Origin: Felis catus
Lineage: Eukaryota
Length of the DNA stretch: 60,000 nt
NCBI RefSeq assembly: GCF_018350175.1
Contig: NC_058368.1
Location: 210,678,001-210,738,000 of the forward strand
Reading direction: 5' to 3'
Part shown: piece after piece, positions 24,011 through 37,209 of the stretch
How positions within the stretch are numbered: the first letter of the stretch is position 1
Layout: each line of letters begins with the position of its first letter
Made by a program: the position numbers and the translations under genes
Notes under the pieces: model-generated
Told to the model about the DNA's origin: nothing
The model's input: the letters and a program-made list of their open reading frames with translations, nothing else
The model's database searches: none

Positions 24011-27000
24011 CAATCATTTGACGAATGGTGCCACTGAAAAGAACTGTCTGACTCTTCTTATCCTTGGATGGGTCTTCTTACTCATCCAGCCATGGGTAAG
24101 AAGTGAATCAACATGGAAATGCTGGGATGGGGCCTGACACATGGAGCCTGACACCATGCCAACATTGGCTATTGTTATAATTTGGAAGATATTTGCTGCA
24201 TCTCATTCTGTGCTGGGAGTATGCTCGTGGGAATCCCTGGGACAGTCAATGAAAGAATGTCTTGCTGAACCACTGGATACCTCTTACTTAAGCTGCTCCT
24301 AAGAGTCTAAGTATGGATCTTTGCTGGGTGGCAAGAAAAATGCTAGGATCACAAGTTGTTTCATTGTATTTTGCGTGATCTTGTATGATGATCACGCATA
24401 AGGCCATTTTTCTTTTCTGGCCTATTTGTAACGATCATATCAACAAATGATATTTTATGTCTCATGACTACATTTACCAAAGGAGATTTAGAATCATCCC
24501 AAGTGGCAGAATTTGACCAGGAAAGGAGTGTTGAATATAAGCATTACAATATACAATGCATTTTCAATTTTTCCATTATCTTTAGCAAGGACTATTTTAA
24601 CAAAGACTTTTATTTTTCAAGTGGGGGGGACTTTTATTTTTCAAGCCAATACTCAGCAGAAAACTCCTTAAGCTTTAGTTCTTTCCATTTATATACTGAT
24701 AGTAGTTACTCATAAGTATTTAAGGTCACTTGTTTTACTTAAAGATTATCCATTTCCCTCAATAATTTTATTTTTGTAGCATAATTAAAAGTTAACCAAA
24801 GTGGAACTTCAGACATTGTAAGGAGTGGGCATTACCACTCCTTATAAATTTGCTAAGACATCTTGCTGTGAGCCTGGTAATATGATGACTGTTATGTGCA
24901 AATATGTTTGCTTTTTTTCCTAGAGAAAATCCATTTGTTCATCATATTTTATCATATTTTAGTGAGCTTTAAAGTTGCATCTTAGATACCATAGGTTACC
25001 CTGGCATATATGAAGTCGTTTATGGAAATGATCATGTTTCTTGGCTTAAAAATAACGGCAATTTTCAAGTTCAAGGAAGAAATTATGTAGGATTGCCCAT
25101 TTAGAAATGTGCCACTACCAGCCACTTGCTCCAAACTGATCACTTCAACTAAGATGGTCTTTGGCAACTGTAGGGGTCCTAAGGTAAATACAGTGGAAAG
25201 TACCATGAAAGATTGATTTCCAATTCTCAGAAGGAATATGACAAAAGACTTCACTTAAAAGATGGAGGGCGGTGTATCATTTAAGGCACTGAAAACAATT
25301 GCAGAGCTGAGGAAGAAAGACTAAAGACAGAGGGTCTTTTGGGGGCTCAGGGAGTTGGGGGGAAGGGTGAGTTGCACTTATTGGGCTTCCTCAGGGAGGG
25401 GCAACGTCAGGGTTTGCAGCCTGGCTTCAAAAATGTCATCACAGAACTGTGACTCTGGGGTGCAGAAAATGGAATGGAATGATTCTTATTTTACCTTCCC
25501 TTTATGACATTAGCAAGAATAATAACAATGCATATGACTTTTATTGATAGACTACTGCGCTAAGGTTTTACATGTACTTGAAAAGCAAGCAACAACAGCA
25601 ATAAATATATGTGTGTGTGTTAAAATAGTATAATTGAGCCAATAATAAAGAGTTTAAACTGATTGCTTATAGACCATAACTCATTTTGAACCGTGAAGTC
25701 TCCCAAATCTCACAGTATTATATAGCCTCGTAAGTTCTGCAGCAACTACACCAGTTATTCTTAAATATGTGTCAATTCTCCAGCTCGGGTGGGTGGAAAT
25801 GGTTTCCAAGACAGAGAAGACCTCCCCATCTGTTTGCCTGTGGTTCATGCAGTTGGGGAACAAGAGGAAAAGCAGTTTCCTGATTCTTTCCCTGAACATC
25901 CACACCCATGCCTCTTATCTGCACACTGTCTAGTGGCTGTTCCTCGAACTTTAAATATTCTGTGTATCCCTGCCATCAAACCACTCTTCTTCCATATCCT
26001 TCCTCTGAGGTATTATCCCACCAGATTTTCCCTGACCAACGTCATTGCTCGCTGATCCTCTTTTGCTCTGCATTCTTGAGCACTTTTAAAAAGTTGATAC
26101 TCCGTTCCAGAAAGAACCTAAATAGAACTTTATATTTTCTTCTTCGTTACTTTTCAAATTACACTCTGAGTCTGTCAGTCAAGTGGTTTTCCTTTTACAT
26201 CTACTTTTTAAAATGTATATATAACTATCTCCTGCCTCCCCCGTTTCCTTTCTTCCCTCTTCCTTCCTCTTTCTACCATACTTTGAAAGCTGTTGCATTC
26301 TACCATATTCAGAAAACAAACAAATGTATCAGTTGACATATTTTAGTCCCAATGGTTTCTAGAATTAATCTTCTAAGACATACACATGTCAACTTATAGC
26401 TGCTATTTGTTATTTGTTTTTAAACTTTTAGTTGAAATGCAGGCTCTAGACTTGAGGTTGGATCCAAGGATGTACCATGGTTATCATCGTGAATACTAAG
26501 GTTCTTAAAAAGGGATTAGAAGTGGTTGATAATTTTCAAAATCCACTTCCACCTACTCACATGCCCACAAATGCTTTTAGTTTTGACCTGCTAATTGGAT
26601 GATTTCCTTCTCATCACCCTAGTGTAGGATTAAGGCAAATCGTATTTCATATTCAGAATCTTTATACATGCATCTTTTTTAATGTAAAAAATGGTGTGAA
26701 TAAAATGAAGAGCAAAAGCAAATTTGAAGAAGGAAATATGTAATAAGAGGGCACTGTGAAACCTATACAAAGGGCAAGAGAATGGAATCTGCCTGAACAA
26801 AAGAAGGAAAGGATTTCATGGGTTGGGTTTATAAAACTGTGATTTTTTTTTTTTACACCTGCTGATGGCCACATTTCCTTCCTGCCCAAATATTGCCAGC
26901 CAGAGTTGGTACACATCCACAGCTGCCATGTGTGTCTTTATGTATTGAAGGTGTAGACTTGCTCACGTTGATTAGTTGCACTGACATGTAGAGGTTCTCC

Positions 27001-27124
27001 CAAGGGGCACGTGGTTATACCTGTTTCACCCAGTGGGCTTAGCAAAGAGGCGTTCAGACTTAGAGTAAAGGAATGCCCTTTTAACTACTGAGATTTGATG
27101 TGGGTTTCTAGAAATACTAAACTT

Positions 27125-27337
27125 AAAAATTTTGTTAAATGTTTATTTATTTTTGAGAGAGAGAGAGAGACAGAGCATGAGCAGAGAAGAAGTGAGAGGG
27201 AGATACAGAATCTGAAGCACGTTCTAGGCTGTAAGCTGTCAGCACAGAGCCTGATGCAGGGCTGGAACCCACGAACTGTGAGATCATGACCTGGGCTGAA
27301 GTTGGATGCTTAACTGACTGAGCCACCCAGGTGTCCC
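27125..27337 (-). mobile_element. CAN-SINE
   Basis: Reverse-complement consensus; TSD-like aaatact(a/g)aactt on both flanks. Confidence 0.92.
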
Positions 27338-28296
27338 AAAATACTGAACTTTTAAAGAACAAATGAAATCTAATTACTCTGAGAGTGGAATTGTGTTAGT
27401 GCTATTGGCTATTCTCTAGAGAAAAGTAATGATTTTCCTATATGTGGATATTGGAAGATAAAATAAACCTGTTTATGAGAGGTGGCTTAGTTCAGTGAGA
27501 AGGGGCAAGAACTTTGAAGAAATCTGGATGACATATGACCATAGGCAAAAATTACTTTGTGACTCAGTGTCCAGACCTATAAAATGGAGAGGAGATGCTA
27601 ATCCTACAGGACCTGTCTGAATTACCTGTGCTATTAATTGATGGAATTCATTAAAGAATATCTGGGAGTAGAAAGAGACTGTATTTAAAAAAAAGCCTGT
27701 GCAGATGCTATAGAGTCATCATGATAAAATGTGAAGGAAATAAAGAATTAGTGTGCATGAAATACTATGTACAAGTATATGTGAACAAATTAATCAGTTA
27801 AGCAAATATTTTGTTAACAATTTATTTGTTCTGTTCTTAATCTGTGAAGCACTGAGGAAAAAGGCAAATATGAAAGGGAAATTCTCTCCTCCCTGGTCTC
27901 CCTTCACAGATTAGTCAGGGAGACAGAAACACAAACTCATAACCCCAATACAAAGCCTAGACTGGAAGTATATGCAAAGGCTGTCTCTCTCAACTGCCAG
28001 ACTAAGTAATACTCAAGTTTACCAGCTTTTGGCCAGAGGCAGGGATGGGCCCAAGAGGAGAATTAGCAGGAATGAGGATCACCACACTGCTAAAGTATTA
28101 CTCACTGTTTTCCTCCTGTTTGTTTAATTCAGATCTATGCTGTATGAAGCAAACGTGTCATAAACTAGAACAGAGCAAGGGCTCATTTTGGTGACACTCA
28201 ATCCCAGAGGGCTGATTTTACTTGTGAGTAAGTGATTTCCACCCTCATTAGTCTTATCCATTTTTGTGCTTTTTTCACAATAATTACTTTTCCTAC

Positions 28297-28526
28297 CTTT
28301 AGGTGCTATAATTAAGAACTGATCTCGAAGGTTGTCAAGCTGTTCGATGGTCAGGGTGCCATTTTCTTCCTTTTCTATGGGTGGAGGACGTACTGGAGGA
28401 GGGGAATCTGGAAAGACTTTTACATCACCATTAATAAAGAAATCTTCTTGGTCTAAATAAAGTTCACTCTGAATTTTTGTCGATGTTTCAATGTGATAGC
28501 GAGCTACCTCAGTTAATTTTTCCACA
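28297..28526 (-). CDS. SPEF2: SPEF2 coding exon (about exon 30): (S)VEKLTEVARYHIETSTKIQSELYLDQEDFFINGDVKVFPDSPPPVRPPPIEKEENGTLTIEQLDNLRDQFLIIAPK(G)
   Basis: Acceptor tttcag|t, donor g|gtagga; 230 nt, phase 2/1. Confidence 0.94.
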
Positions 28527-31276
28527 CTGAAAATGGAAAAATGAATAGGGTTATCCCCATTAAAAACTATTGGTTTAACAGTATTTGCTTAGTAGACATA
28601 CACACAAAGTCTACACATCATATAGCTAAGTTAGACAATTCAATCCTCATGTTTAAAAATTCTAATTCTCTTCAAATCCATTTTGTAGAAAGGCAAAGTA
28701 TAAGTAAATAGAGATTAGAAATAAAATGCATGCTCAAAGAGCTAATAGTCACATTTTATACAAAGCTGAACAAAAAGGGACTTCATAAAATATGGTTTTA
28801 TTAATATTAGACCATATTTTACTGTGTAAGCAAGATTATATCAAGAGATATATTTCAATCTAAGTATGAACCAGAATAAAGTTATATGGTAGAAAAACCT
28901 GTAAAATATAATTGTTAGAACAACACATTTATTTGGAATCTGGATAAATTATAATGTTAATCAAATTTAATAATGGATTTCTAGAAGAGTGGCTTTTCTC
29001 TAACTTTATATCAAGGAATTTGATGTTATTGAAGACACAATTGTCAGAAGGGACTTTAATAATATATACCCATTGAAATTGCTTTCTATTTTTACAAATA
29101 ACAATTCCTAGTTAAATCATGTAGTATAAATAGCAATAGTTAGGTGCAGTAAAAAGAGTACTCAAAGCTGAGCTCTCATCCCAGAATTCTCTGTAACCAT
29201 GAGTCCTTGGTAATTTACGTAAGCTCTCTGAATTTCCTTACCTTTGCATGGAGCTGATAAACACATAACTCCATACTTTATGGTTATTAATGTAAAGCCA
29301 CACAGGGCATGGATTTAAGCTGAACTGGGGATTATAGTTATGGTCCTAATTAAAGGCCATTTCAAAAGCCAGAGAAGTTTTTACACGAGAAGTGTATAAA
29401 TATTTATACAGAGAAGTAAAACATTACCGTATTACAGAAGGGATTGTGTTTATATTTCGTAATAAAGATTGGACATTATGGAAAAATCCATTTTTAATCT
29501 GCTTTTATGTAACCCAGGAACACCAAAATACAGACACTAAAAAATTTTTTTAAATAGTATTAGTTGCTTTCTCTCAAAAGACAACCCTAGATTTCAACTC
29601 CAGCATTCTGTGTTGGTGAGTGTCCATATTGCACGTATTATCTAATTAGTTTATGCCTCGTGGTGGTTGTGTGCTGGTGCAGAGGAGAAGGCACTGGATA
29701 GCTATTAAGTTTGCAACCTTGAGTGAGAAGGGCCGACGACCGCAGACCAAGACTGACCGAGAACCAAGATCTCAAAATGGGTGTGCACCACCTAGTGGAG
29801 GTTATCAGGCACACCCTTCTTATGAATGGGAGGAATTAAAAAGTGCCAGGAGAATAAAAAGCAAGATTTGAAGTTCCCAGGGATCTGATAGCTTTCTCTC
29901 TCTCTCTCTAGTTTTCTTTTACCACCAGAGTTTTTGCAATAACCCAAACAGAAAGCATAGCTGAACAGTCCTAGTTTTAACTTCTTCTGGCTACATTCAG
30001 AGGTCAGATACATACACATAACATATATCTGAGAAATTGGAATACATCTGATAAAAATAAGAATTTACTCTTGATGGCCACCTGGATGAGAGCTGTGAAT
30101 CCTAAGAATTAAGAAGACATGTTCTCATTTGTAAGTGGCAGGCAGAGAACAGAACCGAACATCACTGCTCTGTGATGCTAATGATAACTCAATTGGCTAT
30201 ACAGTAGTAAAATTATTTTAAGTCTTACTGTAATAGTAAGGTAAATAAGCCTTACTGCAACCAGGCTGAGTTATGTGTGTGTGTGTGTATGTGGGTGTGT
30301 GTGTGTTACTATATAGAACAACAGATATAAAAATCTAGGCTGAAGATTTTACAAGAGAACTTTCATTATGAGACAAGGATTGTAGAGAACAAACTATAAC
30401 AACTGTCTTGTAGATGGCACTTGTTTCAGAGAACACTTGACATTTATATTCTATGTAGGTAGCAACTTCTAAATCTTCAGTAAATGTTGATTGGAAACTG
30501 TAGTGTTCACAGAATCTAGATCTAGTAGAAACCTCTGGAGTTTCCTGGTTGGAGTCTTTCCTTTTATAGATGAAGGCCACAGGGCCCCAAGCAATTAGGC
30601 ATGCTGCTAATTTGTGGGCAAGGAAGGAGTCCCCAACTCTTGGAGCATCATGTCTCCTGACTTTCAGTTGAGGGCTATTTCTGCTTTGCTGAGCTGCTTT
30701 TTCATGGGAGAATTAAGGGAATAAAACGCTCTGCCCCCCCCCCCCCACTAGAGATGAAAAGTCTGAAAAAACCTTTGGAACCCAACAGCAAAGCAGTACT
30801 GGGTATTACCCTAACAAGGGAATCAGCCTAAGTGGTAAAACATACCAGTGAATGACTTCTTAATCTCCCATTAATTGGCCCTGACTACTAATGAGCCTGG
30901 CATTAGAAAAATGTGAACCATTATCTTATTTCTGAAAAATATTTAAAAATAATGCATAATCTTACCTTGTAAACTAAGGTCCTCATTGAGCAGTGTAAAA
31001 ACCAAACTCATAAATGATGTGCAAATCTGGCTATTACAATAGGACACTTTGATATGCAACTTACTGTTTGAAACAAGCCAATACAAATGCACATGTGATC
31101 TCCTAAAAGGTCAAAATTTCAATTTGCAAATGTAATGTACATTTATAAATGCCTACAAACCTGCCAACTTTGGCCCCCAGGACTTAAAAAAAATACATTT
31201 TTAAATATACTTCATTAAAATACATTAAAAAATATACATTTTCAAAATACATTTGAAAAGCCATGCAGTATATTAC

Positions 31277-31415
31277 CTGGCCATTTCATTCAAGTACCTC
31301 TCACCAAGCCACTTTTCCATGAGTTTATATACATCAACCACCTTTGTTAGTAAATCTTCAAGGAAAGCCAGTGCTTTTGTCTTTATCAGTTCAAGTCGGA
31401 ACTGTGTGGCTATCT
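31277..31415 (-). CDS. SPEF2: SPEF2 coding exon (about exon 29): (E)IATQFRLELIKTKALAFLEDLLTKVVDVYKLMEKWLGERYLNEMA(S)
   Basis: Not in the ORF track; read manually. Acceptor aatag|ag, donor ag|gtaat; 139 nt, phase 1/2. Confidence 0.92.
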
Positions 31416-32512
31416 CTATTTAAAAAGAAAATAAGGATTTTAAAATGTATACATGCATTTTTTAACCAACTAAATTCAATTTTAAACCAATCACGCTTCA
31501 GTTTGTCAAGATGTAGGTGCACATTTAATATAGGAGTATAGATAAGTAATACCTGATCTATGTCATTGAGAAAAAAATGTAATGTATGGTAGGGTCATTT
31601 GACAGTTTATTTAAACCAAAAGTATAAACTGAGATTTACATTTTATTGCACTTTATAGCAATATACTCTTTGATAAATTGGAATGGGAAAACACAAATAG
31701 ATAATTTCTGTATTTCAAAAAAAAGGAAGGTACAAAGTCTCTTGATAATCTCCCTACTTTTAGAAACTTGGGATAGCAATGCCATTGTACTTTGTTAGCA
31801 CTGGAAAAACTAGGGTAAAACCCATGTGTCCCAGGGCTTATGGCTGCCCCTGGCACACACTATCCACAGACGTGGATTTTACTTCTGAAATAGTTTTCCC
31901 ATCTTTCTTCTTTGCTTCTTCTACCGCCACTGGCCTAATTTGCTAAATTTTCTGATTTTTTTTTTGAAGTCCATTTTTAGTTGCATTATATGACAAATGG
32001 AAGAGACAGAAGGAGAATATGTCTTGTAAAATAATTGTTATCTACAGAAAAGGAGACTCTTGAACATTATTGATTCATGACTGGCTCTTCTTGGCCTCTG
32101 TTCCCAAGAACTTACTTTCAGGGACTGTTAGCCTTTAGTTAGCATTTATTTTCCTAGTGAGAGGCCTTAATTATTCTTAGCATATAAAACCACCAACACA
32201 CGTGGTCCTAAGCCTTCTCACACTGACTCTAACATATTCTTTTTGTTTCTGTTCTTTGAGATTCTAATTATTGCTAGTGTTCTCCTAACCCCTTCCCAAA
32301 TTTTCTTTGTTTCTTTTTGGGATCCCACCAGACAATTATAGAACAGTCAAATCTAGCCCTCGTGTGGTTTTATGAAAACAACCAGCTAAATGTTGTATTT
32401 TTCCATTGCTTTGCTTTGTGTTCTAGACACAACTTGAGCCAGTCATGGGCTGTTGGTCCTACTGGTCTATTTTCCACTGAAAAGTATCATCTTGGTTCTT
32501 TTCAACTGCTAC

Positions 32513-32641
32513 CTTCAAACTGCAGGGCAGCAAGGTGTTCTTCCTTGATTTTGAGCATCAGTTCCTTTTTCCTTTCCATTTCGGCAGTCTGCTCTGGTGA
32601 CACTGTCACGGGTGTGGCTTCTGCTATTGGCGGCGATTTAC
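32513..32641 (-). CDS. SPEF2: SPEF2 coding exon (about exon 28): (G)KSPPIAEATPVTVSPEQTAEMERKKELMLKIKEEHLAALQFE(E)
   Basis: Acceptor ctttttag-like|gt, donor g|gtagca; 129 nt, phase 1/1. Confidence 0.92.
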
Positions 32642-34493
32642 CTAAAAGGACAGTGGAAGGTGCCGGCCTGCAAGTATCCACACAGCTACTCGGATAAAAT
32701 GAGAACGAAGAGAAATGTGCGGGTCTGTAGTAAACCTCTTGTGATTTGCAAAGGAACAACCCTGGCCCTGACTGTGAGTTTGAAATATTGGCCTTTCCTT
32801 GAGAATTCTCCAGGTGGCATCTCGGCTAGATGCATATAAAAATGCCCCATTTGTTTAGCATCATGGGAAAATGAAGTGGTACTAGATTCCAAAGAAGGTG
32901 TGATTCAGAGCCTGGGGACAGAAATTAGCAAACCGCAACATAGCATGGATGCCATTAGTCACTTGCGAAAGCACCGCTCCATACAAGGGACCAGTGTGAG
33001 CCAAGTGTTTCCCAGATCCTCATCAAGACAAGACCAGGGAATAACCTCCAGAAGATATGGCTGAAATGAGGCTCATGGTCAAGAATCTGTAATCTACTGA
33101 ACAATCTTTTCAGTAGCACTTACCTACAAGTACTTCAGTGATTACGTAAGAGAATTAGAAAATAAGCATTTGTCAGCATTTGTCAGAGAATCTGCCCTTG
33201 CGAAATGGCAGTGTGATTCCAGCTGAAGGCCCCATTCACGTGATTCTACTTAGTGCGGTCAATCTGTCTTGAAGGTCTGACCCCAATGGGTTCAAATCTT
33301 GTGAAGAGGAGATAATTGTAAACAAAGAAACTGTAATAAAATGTAACGGCAATAGTAGACATGTGTATTAAGTTACAGGTGAAAGAACACTTAATCTTGC
33401 TGGATTTCTGTTTTATCGTCTGTAAAATTAAGGGACTGGACTCAGCCATTTAGCCATTAAGGTAAACTGAAGCATGTCCTTCAAATGCTGCTTCTTTCTT
33501 TCATTTCTACCATCTGAGATGGACCATGTGGTGTGTTTTTTTACGCAGTGCTATTCTTCTCTTTACTTCAATGTCCCTCCCCACCCCCCGCTCTCCCCGC
33601 CAGCATCCTCAGTGCTTCCATCTCACTCCTGCTCAGGATTGCTTAAATGTACTCTGGGAAGTGCTTCCCTACCCCTCAGATGGAGTAGGTGACCTTGCTC
33701 TCAAGGTCACCTGTACCTTCCCAACTAAAGAACAATGACTGGTCAAATGTCTGTCTCTGCCGATAGACTAGATTTCCATCAGGGCAGGGACTGTGTTTTT
33801 GTTCTTGTTCAAGTTCATCATGGTGTCTTTAGCACCCATCATAGTGTGCTGCTAGCAGGTGCCTAACAATCATGTCATGTCATGAGCAACTGACTACGGA
33901 GGTGACTTCTGCTCACATATTTCTGTCTCTTCCTCTCTTGCCTCAACTTACCTTAAATATGTACAGGTGGGTAATGTTGGTGGCAGAGTTTATCCCCAAG
34001 GTTGACGGGAGGTCTCTCCCAGCCCGAGTTTTCTCTCACCTCTATTTTCCATCATGTCTCCAAGACAGAGATTAGGCAGGAGGCCTCCAGGAGAGAGGTA
34101 CTTGCTTACATTAAACCAGAAACCTGAATTCAACCAGAAACCTGAATTCAACCTGAAACTTACATCCACATAATCACTTTTCACCCAAACTTGTCTCGGG
34201 TACTGCAGCCCCCTTGAGCACACTTTTCAGATGACATATTGTCATCTTGGCGTTCTTCTAGCATGTTCCAAACTGTTTTTGAGGTTTGTTTTATCTTGGA
34301 GACACTTGACTATTTGGATAAACAAGTTAGGTGAGACAGGTACACGGTATGATCAGCCAGCTGACACCACAGGAGCCTGAGTCTCTAAATTAAACCTAAC
34401 AAACAGTAGCTTTAATGTGTCTGCTTAAATGTTTGTGTTCTACCAAGGAGAGGCGTAAGCATCCACAGTTTTGGATGCTAAAACCAGGAATAC

Positions 34494-34641
34494 CTTTTGC
34501 TTTTTTGTCTGCCTTTTTTTTCTTGGGCGGTTCATTTTTGACTTTTTTATTTGTACCCATCTGAGGAGATTTTTCTTTTGTATCTGTTGGCTGGTTTTCC
34601 TTTTCTTCTTCCATGAGCCTCTGATGAATTTCAGCAGCCAC
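34494..34641 (-). CDS. SPEF2: SPEF2 coding exon (about exon 27): VAAEIHQRLMEEEKENQPTDTKEKSPQMGTNKKVKNEPPKKKKADKKAK(G)
   Basis: Acceptor accag|gtg, donor g|gtattc; 148 nt, phase 0/1. Confidence 0.92.
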
Positions 34642-34946
34642 CTGGTTGTATATGAGCAATATTTTAATTAATGCAACACTTCGGAAATATGGTAACTGTT
34701 TGGATTGAGTCATCACTCAATTCCACTGAAGCCTCATTCTATTGCAAACAATCATGCCATGTATTCAATATTTATGGAAAACACACTTTGGTGTCTGTGA
34801 CAGTGTCATGGTTATGCTTTTAAAAAGCTTCCTTTTTAATCTCAGACTCTATGGATTTAGCCCCCTCCCCACTCCCCATTCTTCCAAGTTCCTGTTATCT
34901 CTTGGCCTTCAACCCAGGGCATTCTCCTATATCAATGTTTCTCACC

Positions 34947-34949
<3 letters not shown>

Positions 34950-34985
<36 letters not shown>

Positions 34986-35006
34986 CATCATCATCATCAT
35001 CATTAT
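34950..35006. repeat. Compound (ATT)n(ATC)n microsatellite
   Basis: Read directly from the sequence. Confidence 0.9.
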
Positions 35007-36166
35007 TAGACTCCCCTACAGAGTTCTAAAGACAGATTTTCCTACTAGCCCCCTCCATGAAATTTTAATGTTCCAAAGTGTATCTATGTATTTATGCATA
35101 CTTGTGCTTTATACATAAAATGGGTGAGAATTTCTCAGCCCCCCCCCCAACCAAGTTTTGGGAATGCATGTCCTATATTGATTGGGCTCCCAGACACTTG
35201 GATGCTGGGCTTCCATGCTACTCCAACACCAGCCTCATCCAGGAAGTGTTCATGAGAATGAACTGTCCTGCAGGCTAGCATCCCTTCTAGTGTCAGCTTC
35301 CTCCACTCGGGGCACACTCAGCCTCCAGCCAACTCAGCAACCCCTCCTTTCACTTGCACAGGTGTCCTGCTTTGAGAGGTTAGTTGTGGGGCCACCCCAG
35401 AAGAGCCGAAGAATGGGGAGGGTGGGGTGCTGTTGGGTCCCGTCCACATCTCCTCTGAGGCTCTGTGCTTCAAGCAGCAGGAATAACTTGTCTTGGGGAC
35501 ATGCCTGCAGTTTCAAAGGCCGGACCTTATGAAGTGAATCCAGCTGCCCCTGGAGAGGTGAAGAGCACTTAGGAGTGTAGCCCTGAGAAAGGAGAGTGGG
35601 GAAAAAAGACTCCCGAAAGGGAGAAAGCAAACCTGCACACACCAAGGTGGCAGGAGCAACATATGGTTGAAAACCTTAAAACCTCAATAAAGCAATTGGT
35701 GATGAAATGGGGGTCACGACAATTTATTTCTTAAAGTGTTTACTGTGTCCAAACCTGACGTTATCTCTGGGGAGGACCGAGCGAGGGGCCAAGAGGAGAA
35801 GGAGGAAGTTGCTTGGAGGTGAATAGAAAGATGAATAAGGCACAATCTCTCCCCTCAATGACACTTCGTCTTGGCAAGATACACCAGCCAGTGCCTGCTC
35901 AGCCAGAATTCCTGCACACTTCCCACCCCAGGGCTTGGCGTATAACTGTCCCCAACTGTTCTCTGAATGTGAAGTGTTGCTCAATCTTCCAAATGGGCTT
36001 TAAGCAGCTTCTAGCACCTGCTGTGCTCATAGAGGATGCCAAGGAAATGCTTATTAATAGATGGAATTTCTTCTAAAATAAACATATTCCACAGAATATA
36101 CCCACAGCTTCCTTAAGATCAGTGGAGCCCTGGAGAAATAGTGAAAGGTTTCAGAGAACAAGGTTT

Positions 36167-36168
<2 letters not shown>

Positions 36169-36216
<48 letters not shown>
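36169..36216. repeat. (GT)n microsatellite
   Basis: Read directly from the sequence. Confidence 0.95.
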
Positions 36217-36223
<7 letters not shown>

Positions 36224-36429
36224 TGTGGTTTTAATTAGATGCCCTTAATCCACAAAAATGGATTTCATGATATCTACTGTACTTTCAAATTCTTGGTAAA
36301 GCTGAAAGCAGACTTGTTAACATCCCCCCACTAAATTGCAAGCAATTCATTTTTGAATTTGTTTTTGCAAAGCACAGTAAGTTAGCAATTTTCTTTAAAA
36401 TTGGATGTTTCTCCTTTATAAACAATCTT

Positions 36430-36497
36430 GTGGTGGTGGTGGTGGTGGTGATGGTGATGGTGATGATGATGATGATGATGATGATAATTATCATCAT
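36430..36497. repeat. Compound (GGT)n(GAT)n microsatellite
   Basis: Read directly from the sequence. Confidence 0.9.
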
Positions 36498-37002
36498 CTG
36501 CATATTTTTGGTCCATTTCCCTCAAAGACCTCTGGGTCTCTTTCAAAAATTAACATAATTCACAATACATCCAGCAATCTACCTGTAAGCCCAAAGAAAC
36601 TCTAGAAATAATGTCTTGACATTGTGGGTGTTAAATATGACTTGTTTCTTTGAAATCATTGCATACCTGCTAATTAGAAGAAAGTTTTTCTGAAAATTAA
36701 CATAGCACACTAAATGGGTAGCCCTTGGTAAAATTGCTATGTAGAAAAAAAGCCTGTTTTAAAGTGCTCTTATTTCAGCTGTGTTAATCTCTGCTGGTAC
36801 CGTTTTCCCTGCAAGTTTGCCGAATCACACCTCTCTCACTTGAAACTTAAAGTTCGATGAAGGTCATGTAACATCAATGCCAAGAAAATCCATTAGAAAC
36901 ATAAAATCAGGATTCAAATATAATTATTAGGAATACTAATTAGATTAGTAATTAGTAAACTTTTCTCCTATGCTTTCTATGTGGTTTTTTAAAGTCTGCA
37001 AG

Positions 37003-37209
37003 GGGGGTGCCCAGGTAGCTCATTTGTTTAAGTGACCAACTTCTGCTCAGGTCATGATCTCACGGTTCGTGGGTTTGAGCCCTGTGTCCGGCTCTGTGCT
37101 GACAGTTCAGAGCCTGGAGCCTGCTTCGGATCCTGTGTCTTCCTCTCTCTGCCCCTCCCCGCTCATGCTCTGTCTCTGTCTTTCAAACATGAGTAAACAT
37201 TAAAAAAAA
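37003..37209 (+). mobile_element. CAN-SINE
   Basis: Consensus head, body and A-tail; degenerate TSD taaagtc..aag. Confidence 0.92.

Noticed and set aside
34112..34160. Short tandem repeat of aaccagaaacctgaattc (about 2.5 copies)
   Set aside because: A simple micro-duplication with no sign of function.
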